The translations under genes were made by a program, and so were the position numbers. From Myxococcota bacterium (lineage in GTDB: Bacteria > Myxococcota_A > Polyangia > Nannocystales > Nannocystaceae): DNA of 64,000 bases. Position 1 is the stretch's first letter. The number at the start of each line of letters is the position of its first letter. Of the stretch, positions 1 through 9,104 are shown one piece after another. Where the stretch lies: assembly GCA_039028615.1 (NCBI GenBank), contig JBCCHT010000002.1, positions 256,001 to 320,000 on the forward strand, given 5' to 3'. Under the pieces are notes generated by a model. That model was not told the origin of the DNA. It was given only the letters and a program-made list of their open reading frames with translations, and made no database searches.

Positions 1-2
1 AC

Positions 3-944
3 GAGCTGTCGAGCACCGAGGTCCTGTGCATGGAGTTCATGCCGGGGCGCAAGTTCAGCGAGGTCCTCGACGCGGGCGAGAGCACCGACGAGATCATCCA
101 GCGCTACTTCGACGGCGCCTACAAGATGCTGTTTCACGACGGCTTCTTCCACGGCGACCTGCACCCGGGCAACGTCCTGCGGCTCGAGGACGGCCGCCTC
201 GCCATCATCGACTGCGGCATGGTCGGGCGCCTGTCGCCGATGATGCGCGACAAGCTCATCGACATCCTGTGGGCGGTGATCAACGAGGACCTCGAGGGCG
301 TGGCGCGGTCGTTCTGGGCCCTGTCGGTCCGCCAGGGCCCCGTCGACTACCAGGCCTTCGAGCGGGACGTCGTGGACATCGCCGAGCGCTACATCGTGGG
401 GCTGCCGCTGTCCGAGATCCAGATCGGCACGCTCTTCGCCGAGATCGTGGCCGGGGCCACCCGCCACCAAGTCCGCATGCCCACGGACTTCACCATGATG
501 TTCAAGGCGATCATCACCACCGAGGGCATGGCCAAGGCCATCGCGCCCGACCTCGACCCGGTGGAGATGGCTCGGCCCTACATCGAGGAGATGATCACCC
601 AGCGCTACAGCCCCGACCGGATCAAGCAGCAGGCGCTGGCCGACTTCGGGGTGTTGTCGCGGATGTTCCGCAATCTCCCCAACTCGGTGCCCGACCTCAT
701 CGAGGAGATTCGCGGGGGCAAGATCGCCATCGGCGTCGCGCCCAAGACCATCGATACCCTCGAGCAGGGCGCCGACCAGCGGGCGCGCCGCAACGTCCGA
801 GCCGCCCTCACCGTGACGTGTCTGGGCTGCGGCACCTATACGATGGGCCTGGGTCTGCCCGTCTGGGATCTGGTGGGCATCCCCGCTCTGGCCGCCGCGT
901 TCTTCGTGGGCGCGGGCGTGGGTTTGTTCTCGCTGTGGAGATGA
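3..944 (+). CDS. ABC1/AarF/UbiB family atypical protein kinase (5' end lies outside the window)
   Basis: Frame is open from the window start (ELSSTEVLCMEFM...). Has the motifs GFFHGDLHPGN and IDCGMVGRL plus two C-terminal hydrophobic helices typical of UbiB-like proteins. Confidence 0.9.
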   Translation, partial: ELSSTEVLCMEFMPGRKFSEVLDAGESTDEIIQRYFDGAYKMLFHDGFFHGDLHPGNVLRLEDGRLAIIDCGMVGRLSPMMRDKLIDILWAVINEDLEGVARSFWALSVRQGPVDYQAFERDVVDIAERYIVGLPLSEIQIGTLFAEIVAGATRHQVRMPTDFTMMFKAIITTEGMAKAIAPDLDPVEMARPYIEEMITQRYSPDRIKQQALADFGVLSRMFRNLPNSVPDLIEEIRGGKIAIGVAPKTIDTLEQGADQRARRNVRAALTVTCLGCGTYTMGLGLPVWDLVGIPALAAAFFVGAGVGLFSLWR

Positions 945-959
945 TCGCGTCGGGGTGAC

Positions 960-3900
960 ATGACCGAGACGGCCGAGACCAATACCGCGACCCCGCGAGC
1001 CTCGGTCCCCGCCAGAGCATCGGCCGACGTCGTCGCGACCGCCCAGACGGTGGGGCGCTTCACCGTGCTGGGTCGAGTGGGCGCAGGCGGGATGGGCCAG
1101 GTCTTCGCCGCGTACGACCCCGTGCTCGACCGTCGCGTGGCCCTCAAGCTGCTGCATGCCAACCGCGGCCCCGCCGACCACGACCGCCTCGTTCGCGAAG
1201 CCAAGGCCCTGGCCCGGCTCACCCACCCCAACGTGGTCGCGGTCCACGACGTCGGCATCGAAGACGATCGGATCTTCGTGGCGATGGAGTATGTCGACGG
1301 GGTCACGCTCAAGGCCTGGGCCCGACAGCAGCCCGGCCGCGATCGCATGAGCGAGGCGCTGGAGCTGCTGCGCCAGGCGGGACGAGGTCTGCAGGCCGCA
1401 CACGCGCAAGGGCTGGTGCACCGCGACTTCAAGCCGAGCAACGTGCTGGTCGGCACCGACGGCCGGGTCCGCGTCGCCGACTTCGGGCTGGCGCGCTCGC
1501 CCCACTCCAAGTCTCAGCGCGAGACCACCCGATCCCACGAGAGCATCCCGAGCCTCGCGGGCGACGACAGCCGGGACTCGACCCCCCAGGACCCCATCGA
1601 GCGACCGCTGACCCGAGCCGGAGCGGTGGTCGGCACGCCCCGCTACATGGCGCCCGAGCAGGCCCGCGGCGAGCAGGTCGATGCCAAGAGCGATCAGTTT
1701 TCGTTCTGCGTCGCCGCGTGGGAAGTGCTCTTCGAGACCCGCCCCTTTCGCTTCGAGACCACGACGCCCGAAGCCATGGCTTCGCTCAGCGTCGAGCCGA
1801 CCCACGATGGCGAGATCCAGCTGCCCGGGAACCTCGAGGCGGCTCTGCGCAAGGGCCTGGCGCGCCGTGCCTCCGGCCGCCATCGTTCGATGGAAGCGCT
1901 GCTGGCCGCGTTCGACGGGGCGATCGACGAGCGTTCCGGTCGCCCGCCGCAACGCAGCTCCCGAAGAAACGTTGCATCGGGAGCCATCGGACTGCTGCTG
2001 GTGGGCGGCTTGGCCTACCAACTCGGCGGCCAGAAGACCGAGGCGCCCCAGTGTACGGGCGCGGCTTCGCAGCTCGCCGAGCTGTGGAACGACGCCAATC
2101 GGGAGCAAGTCCGCGCCGCCATCCTCGATACCGGAGTCGGGCACGCGCCGCGCAGCGCCGATGCCGTGGTGCGCGACCTCGATGCCTACGCCGACGCATG
2201 GATCGACGGACACACCCGCGCGTGCGAAGCCACCCGAGTGCACGCCGAGCAATCCGAGGCGATGCTCGACCTGCGCATGACCTGCCTGGCCCGCCGACGC
2301 CGAGGCCTGCGCTCGGCCGTCAACGCGCTGCGCCGCACCGAGCCCGCCTGGGTCGACGACGCCGTCACGCTGGTGCGCTCCCTCGACTCCGTCGAGACCT
2401 GCGCCGACCTGGCCTACGTGCAATCCGAGGTCCCGCTCCCCAGCGACGAGACGACCCGAGCCGAGGTCGATGCCCTCCGGGACGACCTCGCCGAGCTGCG
2501 AGCCACCTGGATTCTGGGCCGCGTCGACGAAGCGGTCGACCGCGCGAAGTCCATGGTGGCCCGCGCCCGCGACATCGACTACCCCATCGTGCTGAGCGAG
2601 AGCCTCCACCAGCAGGGGCTCATCGAAGACCGCACCCAACGCTTCGAGGATGCCGCCAAGAGCCTCCGCGAGGCGTTCTTCATCGCCGAGCGCAGCGGGG
2701 CCGATCGCCGGGCCGCAGCGATCGCGTCCTATGCCTCCTACGTCGTCGGGTATCGGCAGCACGAGCTCGACGAGGGCCTGCTGTGGAACGACCTCGCCAG
2801 TGCCGCGTTCGAACGCAGCGGGATCACCAGCACCCGGCTCGAAGCGCGAATCCTCCAGCACCGCGCTCTCGTCTACGAAGCCGCGGGCCGCTACGACCGC
2901 GCGTTCGAGCTCCAGGACCGAGGATTGGCCGTGATCGAAGGCGAGTCGCTCCCGCTGGTCGAGTCCAAGATGCTCTCCGGGCGAGCGAGCAACGCGTCCT
3001 GGCTCGGCAACACCGCCAGCGCGATCGCGGACCTCGAGCGTGCCCTGACCCTCGAAGAACAGGTCGCCGGCGTCGACCATCCCATGCTCGCCGACGTGGC
3101 CTTCAACCTCGCGCTCACCTACGGCTTCGTCGGTCGCATCGACGATGCCCTCGCGCTGCTCGAGCGAGCCCACCGCATCTATCTCGCCAGCGAGGGGGAG
3201 TCCGGACGCAACGTGGGCTCGGTGATCGCCGAGTTCGCACGCCTGCACATGCTGCAGGGGCAGTTCGAGCGGGCGAAGGGCGAGCTCGAACGAGCCGCGA
3301 CGATCTTCGAGGCCACCATCGGCCCCAAGCACCCCGAATACGCGATGCTCCACCATCGCCTGGGCCAGCTGAACGTTCGCCTCGGCGACTACGACCAGGC
3401 GATGCCCGGCCTCCAGCGCGCGCTCGCTCTGTTTCGGGAATCGATGGGCGAAGACCACGTCTACACCGCCATCGCATGGAGCGGCGTCGGCGACATGCAT
3501 CGGCTCCAGGGCGACCTCGACCAGGCCCGCGAGGCATACGAGCGGGCGTTGCCTCCGCTTCGCACCGCCCACGACGAGTACAATACGGCGGTGGTGCTCA
3601 ACGGGCTCGGGCGACTGAACCTCGAGGAAGGCGCCCTCGATCGCGCCCGCGAGCAGTTCACCGAGGCGCTGAAGTCCCACGAGCAGGCATCGACCGCCGA
3701 CGGCATCACCGACTCGCTCGATGGTCTCGCCCAGGTGCACGAGCGCGAGGGCGACTTCGCGGAGGCCGTTCGATTGCTCGAGCGAGCGCAGACGCTGGCC
3801 AAGACCGAGCTGGTCGTCCTCCCCGTCACCCTCGCCTCGATTCGCTTCTCGCTGGCCCGCAGCAGCTGGCAAGCCACGAAGGACCCTGGCGCTCGCGCCC

Positions 3901-4007
3901 TCGCCCTGCTGGCCCGCGAGCACTACGCGAGCCTCGGGACCGCCGAAGCGGACGAAGTCGAGGCGATCGATCAATGGCTACGCGAGCTTCCCGAGTCCCT
4001 CCCATGA
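960..4007 (+). CDS. Membrane Ser/Thr protein kinase with C-terminal TPR array
   Basis: GAGGMG, VALK, HRDFKPSN, DFG and APE motifs; TM segment GAIGLLLVGGLAY; Cys-containing juxtamembrane region; many TPR-like helices. Confidence 0.95.
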   Translation: MTETAETNTATPRASVPARASADVVATAQTVGRFTVLGRVGAGGMGQVFAAYDPVLDRRVALKLLHANRGPADHDRLVREAKALARLTHPNVVAVHDVGIEDDRIFVAMEYVDGVTLKAWARQQPGRDRMSEALELLRQAGRGLQAAHAQGLVHRDFKPSNVLVGTDGRVRVADFGLARSPHSKSQRETTRSHESIPSLAGDDSRDSTPQDPIERPLTRAGAVVGTPRYMAPEQARGEQVDAKSDQFSFCVAAWEVLFETRPFRFETTTPEAMASLSVEPTHDGEIQLPGNLEAALRKGLARRASGRHRSMEALLAAFDGAIDERSGRPPQRSSRRNVASGAIGLLLVGGLAYQLGGQKTEAPQCTGAASQLAELWNDANREQVRAAILDTGVGHAPRSADAVVRDLDAYADAWIDGHTRACEATRVHAEQSEAMLDLRMTCLARRRRGLRSAVNALRRTEPAWVDDAVTLVRSLDSVETCADLAYVQSEVPLPSDETTRAEVDALRDDLAELRATWILGRVDEAVDRAKSMVARARDIDYPIVLSESLHQQGLIEDRTQRFEDAAKSLREAFFIAERSGADRRAAAIASYASYVVGYRQHELDEGLLWNDLASAAFERSGITSTRLEARILQHRALVYEAAGRYDRAFELQDRGLAVIEGESLPLVESKMLSGRASNASWLGNTASAIADLERALTLEEQVAGVDHPMLADVAFNLALTYGFVGRIDDALALLERAHRIYLASEGESGRNVGSVIAEFARLHMLQGQFERAKGELERAATIFEATIGPKHPEYAMLHHRLGQLNVRLGDYDQAMPGLQRALALFRESMGEDHVYTAIAWSGVGDMHRLQGDLDQAREAYERALPPLRTAHDEYNTAVVLNGLGRLNLEEGALDRAREQFTEALKSHEQASTADGITDSLDGLAQVHEREGDFAEAVRLLERAQTLAKTELVVLPVTLASIRFSLARSSWQATKDPGARALALLAREHYASLGTAEADEVEAIDQWLRELPESLP

Positions 4008-6154
4008 GCGCGGCCATGACCTGCCAGCATGGTGCCGACCACCTCGGGCCTCCCGCTCGGCTCCGCCGGTTGATGGCCACGGCGGCCTTGCTCCTGGGCC
4101 TGGGCTGCACGTCCGTGCGCGGCTCCTTGCCCGAGCCCGAGCCGCGCGCCCCGGTCACCGCCTCCGAGACGGGCTGGCTGGCGGGCGCGGCCGAGATCGA
4201 CATCACCCCTCCCCCCGGCTACGCGATGGGCGGGCACTCTCTCGAAGGCGCGGTGGGGTTCGGCGTGTGGACCCGATTGCGCGCCCAAGCGCTGTACTTC
4301 GAGGACACGCGCGGCGTGCCCTTGGTGCTGGTCGCCTGTGACTTGTGGGCCGTGGAAGCGGGCCTGGTCGACCGCGTCGCGCAGCGGCTGCGCGAGCACC
4401 CCGGCCTCGAGCACATCGGCCGCGAGCACCTGATCATCGCCGCCACCCACACCCACCACAGCCCGGGCCTGTTCTCCACCGGCCTGGCCTATAGCCGCTA
4501 CGCCGCCGCCGACAGCGGTCACGATCCCGTGCTCTTCGAGGCGCTGGCCAACCGCCTCGCGACCGCCATTGCCGAGGCCGCCGCGTCGCGCCGCCCCGCT
4601 CGGATCCAACACCACACCGTGGCCCTGCCCGCCGTCGCTCGCAACCGCAGCGTGGAGGCCTTCCTGCACGACCCCGAGGCGCCTGCCTTGCTGAGCACCA
4701 ACGCCGGGCTCCCCGGGTGTCGCGGACAACCCAGCTCGGGCGGCGTCGACCCCTGCCATGCCGTCGAGCCCTTGGTCGAGACCCTGCACGTGGTCGATGC
4801 CGCCGACGGGCGCAACATCGCGGTGGCCGGCGTCTTCGCCATGCACCCCACCGCGATGCCCAAGACGACCGAGCTGTATCACGGCGACGCGTTCGGCATC
4901 GCCAGCACGCGCGCCCAGACGCAGCTGGCCGACCCCGAGCACGGAGAGCCGGTCGTCGCCCTGTTCAACGGGGCCCAGGGGGACGTCTCGCCCAACTGGG
5001 ATCCTCAGGGGCGGCCTTCGACCATCGAGCTCGGCCATGCCCTCGGGCGCGCCCTGGTCGACGCCATCGAGACCCCCGGCACCCCAGTGGAGGGTGAGAT
5101 CGAGGTCGCCTTCGCCTGGCAGACCCTCGCCGGGCAGCGCTTCGAAGACGCCGAAGGGACGCCCCTGCGCACCGCTCGAAGCGCTCGCTCGGGCAAGGGG
5201 CAGTTCGGCGGGGCCGAGGATGGCCGCACCTGGCTCTTCGAACGAGGCTGGCGCGAAGGCAAGCGCAACAAGCGACGCCGCAACAACGGCCAGGGCAACA
5301 AGCGCGCCCCCTTCCCATGGCCGCTTTCGTGGCTCACGCCCCCGCCGGGCTCGATGCCGAAGGCGGTGCCGCTGTCCGTGGCGTCGCTCGGCCACGTCAC
5401 GCTGCTCGGACTCCCGGGCGAGTTCAGTACGGTCCTGGGCCAACGCATCGGCACGCGGGTCGGCGCGGGCCTGCCCGACGATCGAGTCGTGGTGCGCCTG
5501 GGCCTGGCCGGCGGCTACCTCTCCTACTTCACCACCCCCGAGGAGTACGGCGCCCAGCACTACGAGGGCGCTTCGATGCTCTACGGCGAGCACGCGGGCG
5601 TGCTCATCACCGAGCGCCTGGCCGAGCTCGCCGCCTCGCCCCGGGTCGAGCGCCCGCCCGACTTTCGCTACCGACCCGGACCTCGCCGAGACTGGGCGAT
5701 GGACCGCGGTCGCCAGCGCGCCCTGCTCGAGATCGAGGACCGCATCGCCGTGCAGCTCGACACGGGGCCCCCGCCCGGGCTCCCGCGCTTCTACCTGTGG
5801 GACACCGCCCCGCGCTGGCCCAGCGACGATCCCCACGCCCTCACCAGCCCCCGCGTGCGCGTCCAGGCGTGGCACGACGACCAGGGCTGGCAGGACTACG
5901 CCCCCGGGGGCATTCCCGTCGACGATCGCACGGGCACCCTGGCCCTGATGCTCACCCACGTGCAGGACGACGCGTGGCGCTGGGGCGTGTGGTGGCTCGA
6001 GCCCGGTGCCTCGCCCGGCCAGCCGCTGCGCTTCATCGTGGAGACGGTGGGCGTGGGCACGACCTGCTCGGAGCCCTTTTCCACCGACCAGTGGTTTCGC
6101 CCCACCGGGCCGGGCGTGCTCGACGTTCGGCCCTGCGAAGCACCCGCGCAATGA
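4004..6154 (+). CDS. Neutral/alkaline non-lysosomal ceramidase family lipoprotein
   Basis: C-terminal part of the 1718..6154 ORF; ATG at 4004 overlaps the kinase stop (ATGA). Lipobox LGLGC; motifs AEIDITP, ATHTHHSP, MHPT, GAQGDVSP, GAEDG, PGEF, YGAQHYEG. Confidence 0.85.
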   Translation: MSAAMTCQHGADHLGPPARLRRLMATAALLLGLGCTSVRGSLPEPEPRAPVTASETGWLAGAAEIDITPPPGYAMGGHSLEGAVGFGVWTRLRAQALYFEDTRGVPLVLVACDLWAVEAGLVDRVAQRLREHPGLEHIGREHLIIAATHTHHSPGLFSTGLAYSRYAAADSGHDPVLFEALANRLATAIAEAAASRRPARIQHHTVALPAVARNRSVEAFLHDPEAPALLSTNAGLPGCRGQPSSGGVDPCHAVEPLVETLHVVDAADGRNIAVAGVFAMHPTAMPKTTELYHGDAFGIASTRAQTQLADPEHGEPVVALFNGAQGDVSPNWDPQGRPSTIELGHALGRALVDAIETPGTPVEGEIEVAFAWQTLAGQRFEDAEGTPLRTARSARSGKGQFGGAEDGRTWLFERGWREGKRNKRRRNNGQGNKRAPFPWPLSWLTPPPGSMPKAVPLSVASLGHVTLLGLPGEFSTVLGQRIGTRVGAGLPDDRVVVRLGLAGGYLSYFTTPEEYGAQHYEGASMLYGEHAGVLITERLAELAASPRVERPPDFRYRPGPRRDWAMDRGRQRALLEIEDRIAVQLDTGPPPGLPRFYLWDTAPRWPSDDPHALTSPRVRVQAWHDDQGWQDYAPGGIPVDDRTGTLALMLTHVQDDAWRWGVWWLEPGASPGQPLRFIVETVGVGTTCSEPFSTDQWFRPTGPGVLDVRPCEAPAQ

Positions 6155-6186
6155 AAAGCGGCGGTGCCCCTCGGGGTCACCGCCGC
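6154..6186 (-). terminator. Probable intrinsic terminator between convergent genes
   Basis: Hairpin GCGGCGGTG-CCCCTCGGGGT-CACCGCCGC preceded by AAAA on the + strand, giving a U-tract on the - strand. Confidence 0.6.
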
Positions 6187-6221
6187 CTCGTCGGCGCCTC
6201 GGCGCCGCGCTTTCGACCCGA

Positions 6222-8126
6222 CTAGATCGGCTCGACCACGCCGCCGAGCAGCTCGGCCATGCGTGAGTCGATGACGTTCGAGGTGCTCGAGTTGAGCGCC
6301 GACAGCTCGCCGGAGACGACCTCACCGATGGACCGCACCTCGGCCAGCAGCGAGGTGAACAGCTCCTCCAGCGCCTGCATGTGATCGGCATCGCCGACCT
6401 CGGCCACGTGCAGGGTCGCGGGCAACAAGCCCCCGGTGGGGCCGGCCAGGCCGATGCCGTTGCCCAGGTCGATCTCGGGCAGCCCGATCAGGAAGGGCTC
6501 GGGCATGGTGGTGAACATCGGCCAGGTCTCGAGGTAGGCGTGCAGCCCATCGAGGCCCCGATCGAGGTCACCTAGGGCGCGAGCGAGGGTCCGGCGCTTG
6601 CGATCGACATCGGACTTGGCCCGGCTGGCGGCGCCGCGGCGCGCCACGAGCTGCTCCTTGACGGTCGCGATCTCGGCCTTGATGCGCTTCTTCTCTTCCT
6701 CGACGGGATTGGGACGAGGCCGGGGCGGAGGCGCCCCTTCGCCGGCCGGCGGGCGCGGCCGCGGGGTGGCCGGCGCGGGCACGCGAGGGGTGGGCACACG
6801 CGGCGTGACGGGCACCCGCGGGTTGATGGGCACCCGCGGGTTGATGGGCACCCGCGGAAGGGGCACGCGCGGCAGCGTGGCCATGGGACGAATCCCCGCC
6901 ATGTGCTCGAGCGAAGGGCGAACCCGGGAGATCGAGGCCGCATTCGTGAGCGGGCCCGCCGACGCAGCCGCGGTGGTGGTGGTCGTGGTGGTCGTCGTCG
7001 TGGTCGACGCGGCCGCGCCACGCCCGATCGATGCCGCGGCGATGCGAGACGCTGCGCCGGAGGTGGCAAAGGACGACAGCGCAGCCGAAGGGCGCGGCGC
7101 CCCGAAGCGACCGCCCGCAAAGGCAGCACTGGCTCGAGCCACACCGCGCGGCAGCAACACCCGCCCGGGGCCGGCCAGCGTGGGACGGGGACGTCCGCCG
7201 CCGCCACCACTGTTGCCCCGACCAACGGCCGCGAGCTTGTCCTCGAGCTCGGCCAGCCGCTCCTCGCTCTGCTCGACCTGGCGCTCGGCCTGGACGACGG
7301 CGGGCAAGGCCACCTCGACGGCATCGCTGGCCGACTGGGCCGCGGCGACGGCATCGGCCAGCTCGTCGAGCCGTGGGGTCACGTCGGCCAGCCACTCGGC
7401 GGCCATGGTCTCCTCGGCGAAGCGCACCTCGCCCGCCGTGGCCTCGGCCTCGACCAGCGTACGCAACGTGGTGAGAGCATCGTTGAACAGCGCCTCTTGC
7501 AGCTGGATGTCGTCGGCGACTCCGCCGAGGCCCTTGCGCATCATTCGGACCAGCTTGCGCAGCTTGGCCCGCTTCATCGCCCGCGTGTGCGTCGCCAGGG
7601 CCTCTTGCAGCCCGCCGATCAGCTTCTCGTCGTTCTTGGACTCGTCGCGCAACGCGACCAGCACGGCACCCAGGGACTCGGCCCCTTCCGCGGTGGCGGT
7701 CTCGATGCGCGTGCGCCACTCGGCGGCACGCAGACCGGTGGGGCGCCCGTCGGCACCCGCCGATTGGTCGAGCAGCAGGGTCAGGCTGATCTCGAGGGCC
7801 TGGCCGCGAGCCAGCGCGGCGGCGCGCTCCTTGATCGCCTTGCGGAGCTTCCTCCACTCGCGTCGCTCCGAGCCGAAGGCACGCGAGAAGAACCGATGCG
7901 ACTCCTTGAACTTCTCGAGGTCGGATTTGGCCAGGTTGAGCGCGAGCTGGAGCTCTTCGACGTTGGCATCGACCTCTGCGAGCTCGCCTTGCAGCTCACC
8001 GACCTGGCCGTCTTCGAGGGTCAGCCCCTCGACGAGGCCGGACAGCGCCTTGAGGGCGTCTTGGGCGGATGAAATCTCGGAGGCGCTCCGCAGCGCGGAG
8101 ATGGCTTCGGTGATGCGATCGGACAT
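6222..8126 (-). CDS. Hypothetical coiled-coil protein with a long Ala/Thr/Pro/Arg low-complexity insert
   Basis: 634-aa ORF with helical heptad-like N- and C-terminal parts, a poly-Thr run and PRVP repeats. No family recognised. Confidence 0.7.
   Translation of the reverse strand: MSDRITEAISALRSASEISSAQDALKALSGLVEGLTLEDGQVGELQGELAEVDANVEELQLALNLAKSDLEKFKESHRFFSRAFGSERREWRKLRKAIKERAAALARGQALEISLTLLLDQSAGADGRPTGLRAAEWRTRIETATAEGAESLGAVLVALRDESKNDEKLIGGLQEALATHTRAMKRAKLRKLVRMMRKGLGGVADDIQLQEALFNDALTTLRTLVEAEATAGEVRFAEETMAAEWLADVTPRLDELADAVAAAQSASDAVEVALPAVVQAERQVEQSEERLAELEDKLAAVGRGNSGGGGGRPRPTLAGPGRVLLPRGVARASAAFAGGRFGAPRPSAALSSFATSGAASRIAAASIGRGAAASTTTTTTTTTTTAAASAGPLTNAASISRVRPSLEHMAGIRPMATLPRVPLPRVPINPRVPINPRVPVTPRVPTPRVPAPATPRPRPPAGEGAPPPRPRPNPVEEEKKRIKAEIATVKEQLVARRGAASRAKSDVDRKRRTLARALGDLDRGLDGLHAYLETWPMFTTMPEPFLIGLPEIDLGNGIGLAGPTGGLLPATLHVAEVGDADHMQALEELFTSLLAEVRSIGEVVSGELSALNSSTSNVIDSRMAELLGGVVEPI
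6810..6857. repeat. 18-bp coding tandem repeat (about 2.7 copies) encoding PRVPIN
   Basis: GGGCACCCGCGGGTTGAT at 6810-6827 and 6828-6845, partial at 6846-6857; degenerate PRVP units flank it. Confidence 0.85.
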
Positions 8127-8399
8127 GGGGCAGACCTTGGGGGCGTCGGGAAAAACGTGAACACACGGAGGACACGTCAGTCGCCCACGGCAACCGCGTC
8201 GTCCTCGAACAGCCGAGCAAGGCTAGTCGATTTACGGCCCCATTTGAACTGCATCGACAACGTCGCGGAACTGCGTTGGCCCATCGACCCCGCCTCCGCA
8301 CGATGATTCATCGCGCGAACCTGCCCCTCACAGACCCCAACTGCCACACGTGGCCCACAACCGACCTGGTGGCCGCTGCCGAGCCCGGCAACCGGCCTC

Positions 8400-9065
8400 T
8401 CAGAACAGGCTGGTCTGCGTGGGCGGGGGCCGGGTGGCTTCGACGGCCTCGATGAGCTGCGGCCCGTCGTTGCGAACATTGCCGACCGCCTTGGACACCG
8501 GATGCCGCACCAACGTGCCCGCCACGGCCGGCTGCACCAGCGAGGTGAGCATGTCCAGGTCCTCGCCCATCAGCCACGGCTCGACGCAGTCGGGCTCGAG
8601 CACGGCGGGCATGCGGTCGTGGATGCCCCCGATGTCCGACGAAGGATCGGTGGTCACGATGGTCGTATGCAGGCCGTCGTCGTCGGTCGAGACGAGCCCC
8701 GCCAACAGCAACAACGAGCCGTCGCCTCGACGAAAGTACCAGGGCTGACGCTGCGGCTTCTCCCACTCGTAAAAACCGAGCAGCGGCACGACGGCTCGAC
8801 TCCGGCGCAGCAGCGGTGCCCACAGCCCGCTCCGCAGTCGGTCGTCGCGGGCATTGATCGCGATGCCCCCTCGCCGACGCGGCACGCCCCAGCGCGCCAC
8901 CGACAGCTGCCGTCCCCGCTGTGGGTCGCGACGCAGCACGCCCACGGGGTCGGTCGGGGCCAGGTTGTAACGAGCCGGCAGTGCAGCCACTTCCTCGTCC
9001 ACGAGCTCGGCCTCGAGCATCTCGACGAGCTCGGCGCCGTCGGGGCGGACTCCTCGACCACACAT
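8400..9065 (-). CDS. SOS response-associated peptidase (SRAP/YedK/HMCES family)
   Basis: Starts MCGR at ATG 9065 (catalytic Cys2); RYNLAPT, INAR, GFYEW, IHDRMP and VSKAVGNVRNDGP motifs. Confidence 0.9.
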   Translation of the reverse strand: MCGRGVRPDGAELVEMLEAELVDEEVAALPARYNLAPTDPVGVLRRDPQRGRQLSVARWGVPRRRGGIAINARDDRLRSGLWAPLLRRSRAVVPLLGFYEWEKPQRQPWYFRRGDGSLLLLAGLVSTDDDGLHTTIVTTDPSSDIGGIHDRMPAVLEPDCVEPWLMGEDLDMLTSLVQPAVAGTLVRHPVSKAVGNVRNDGPQLIEAVEATRPPPTQTSLF

Positions 9066-9104
9066 GCCATGGACCATACCGCATGGGCCCTCTAGGATCC
9101 GAGG

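Noticed and set aside
1718..4003. 1478-aa ORF that looks like a giant ceramidase fusion
   Set aside because: The N-terminal ~760 aa is Arg/Pro-rich off-frame translation overlapping the kinase gene; the real gene starts at ATG 4004.
8127..8399. 273-bp intergenic region as a riboswitch or small ORF
   Set aside because: No recognisable aptamer consensus, and the small ORF (8177-8479) lacks support.
8400..9065. SRAP as a marker of a prophage or mutagenesis cassette
   Set aside because: No imuABC/umuDC, integrase or phage genes are nearby.
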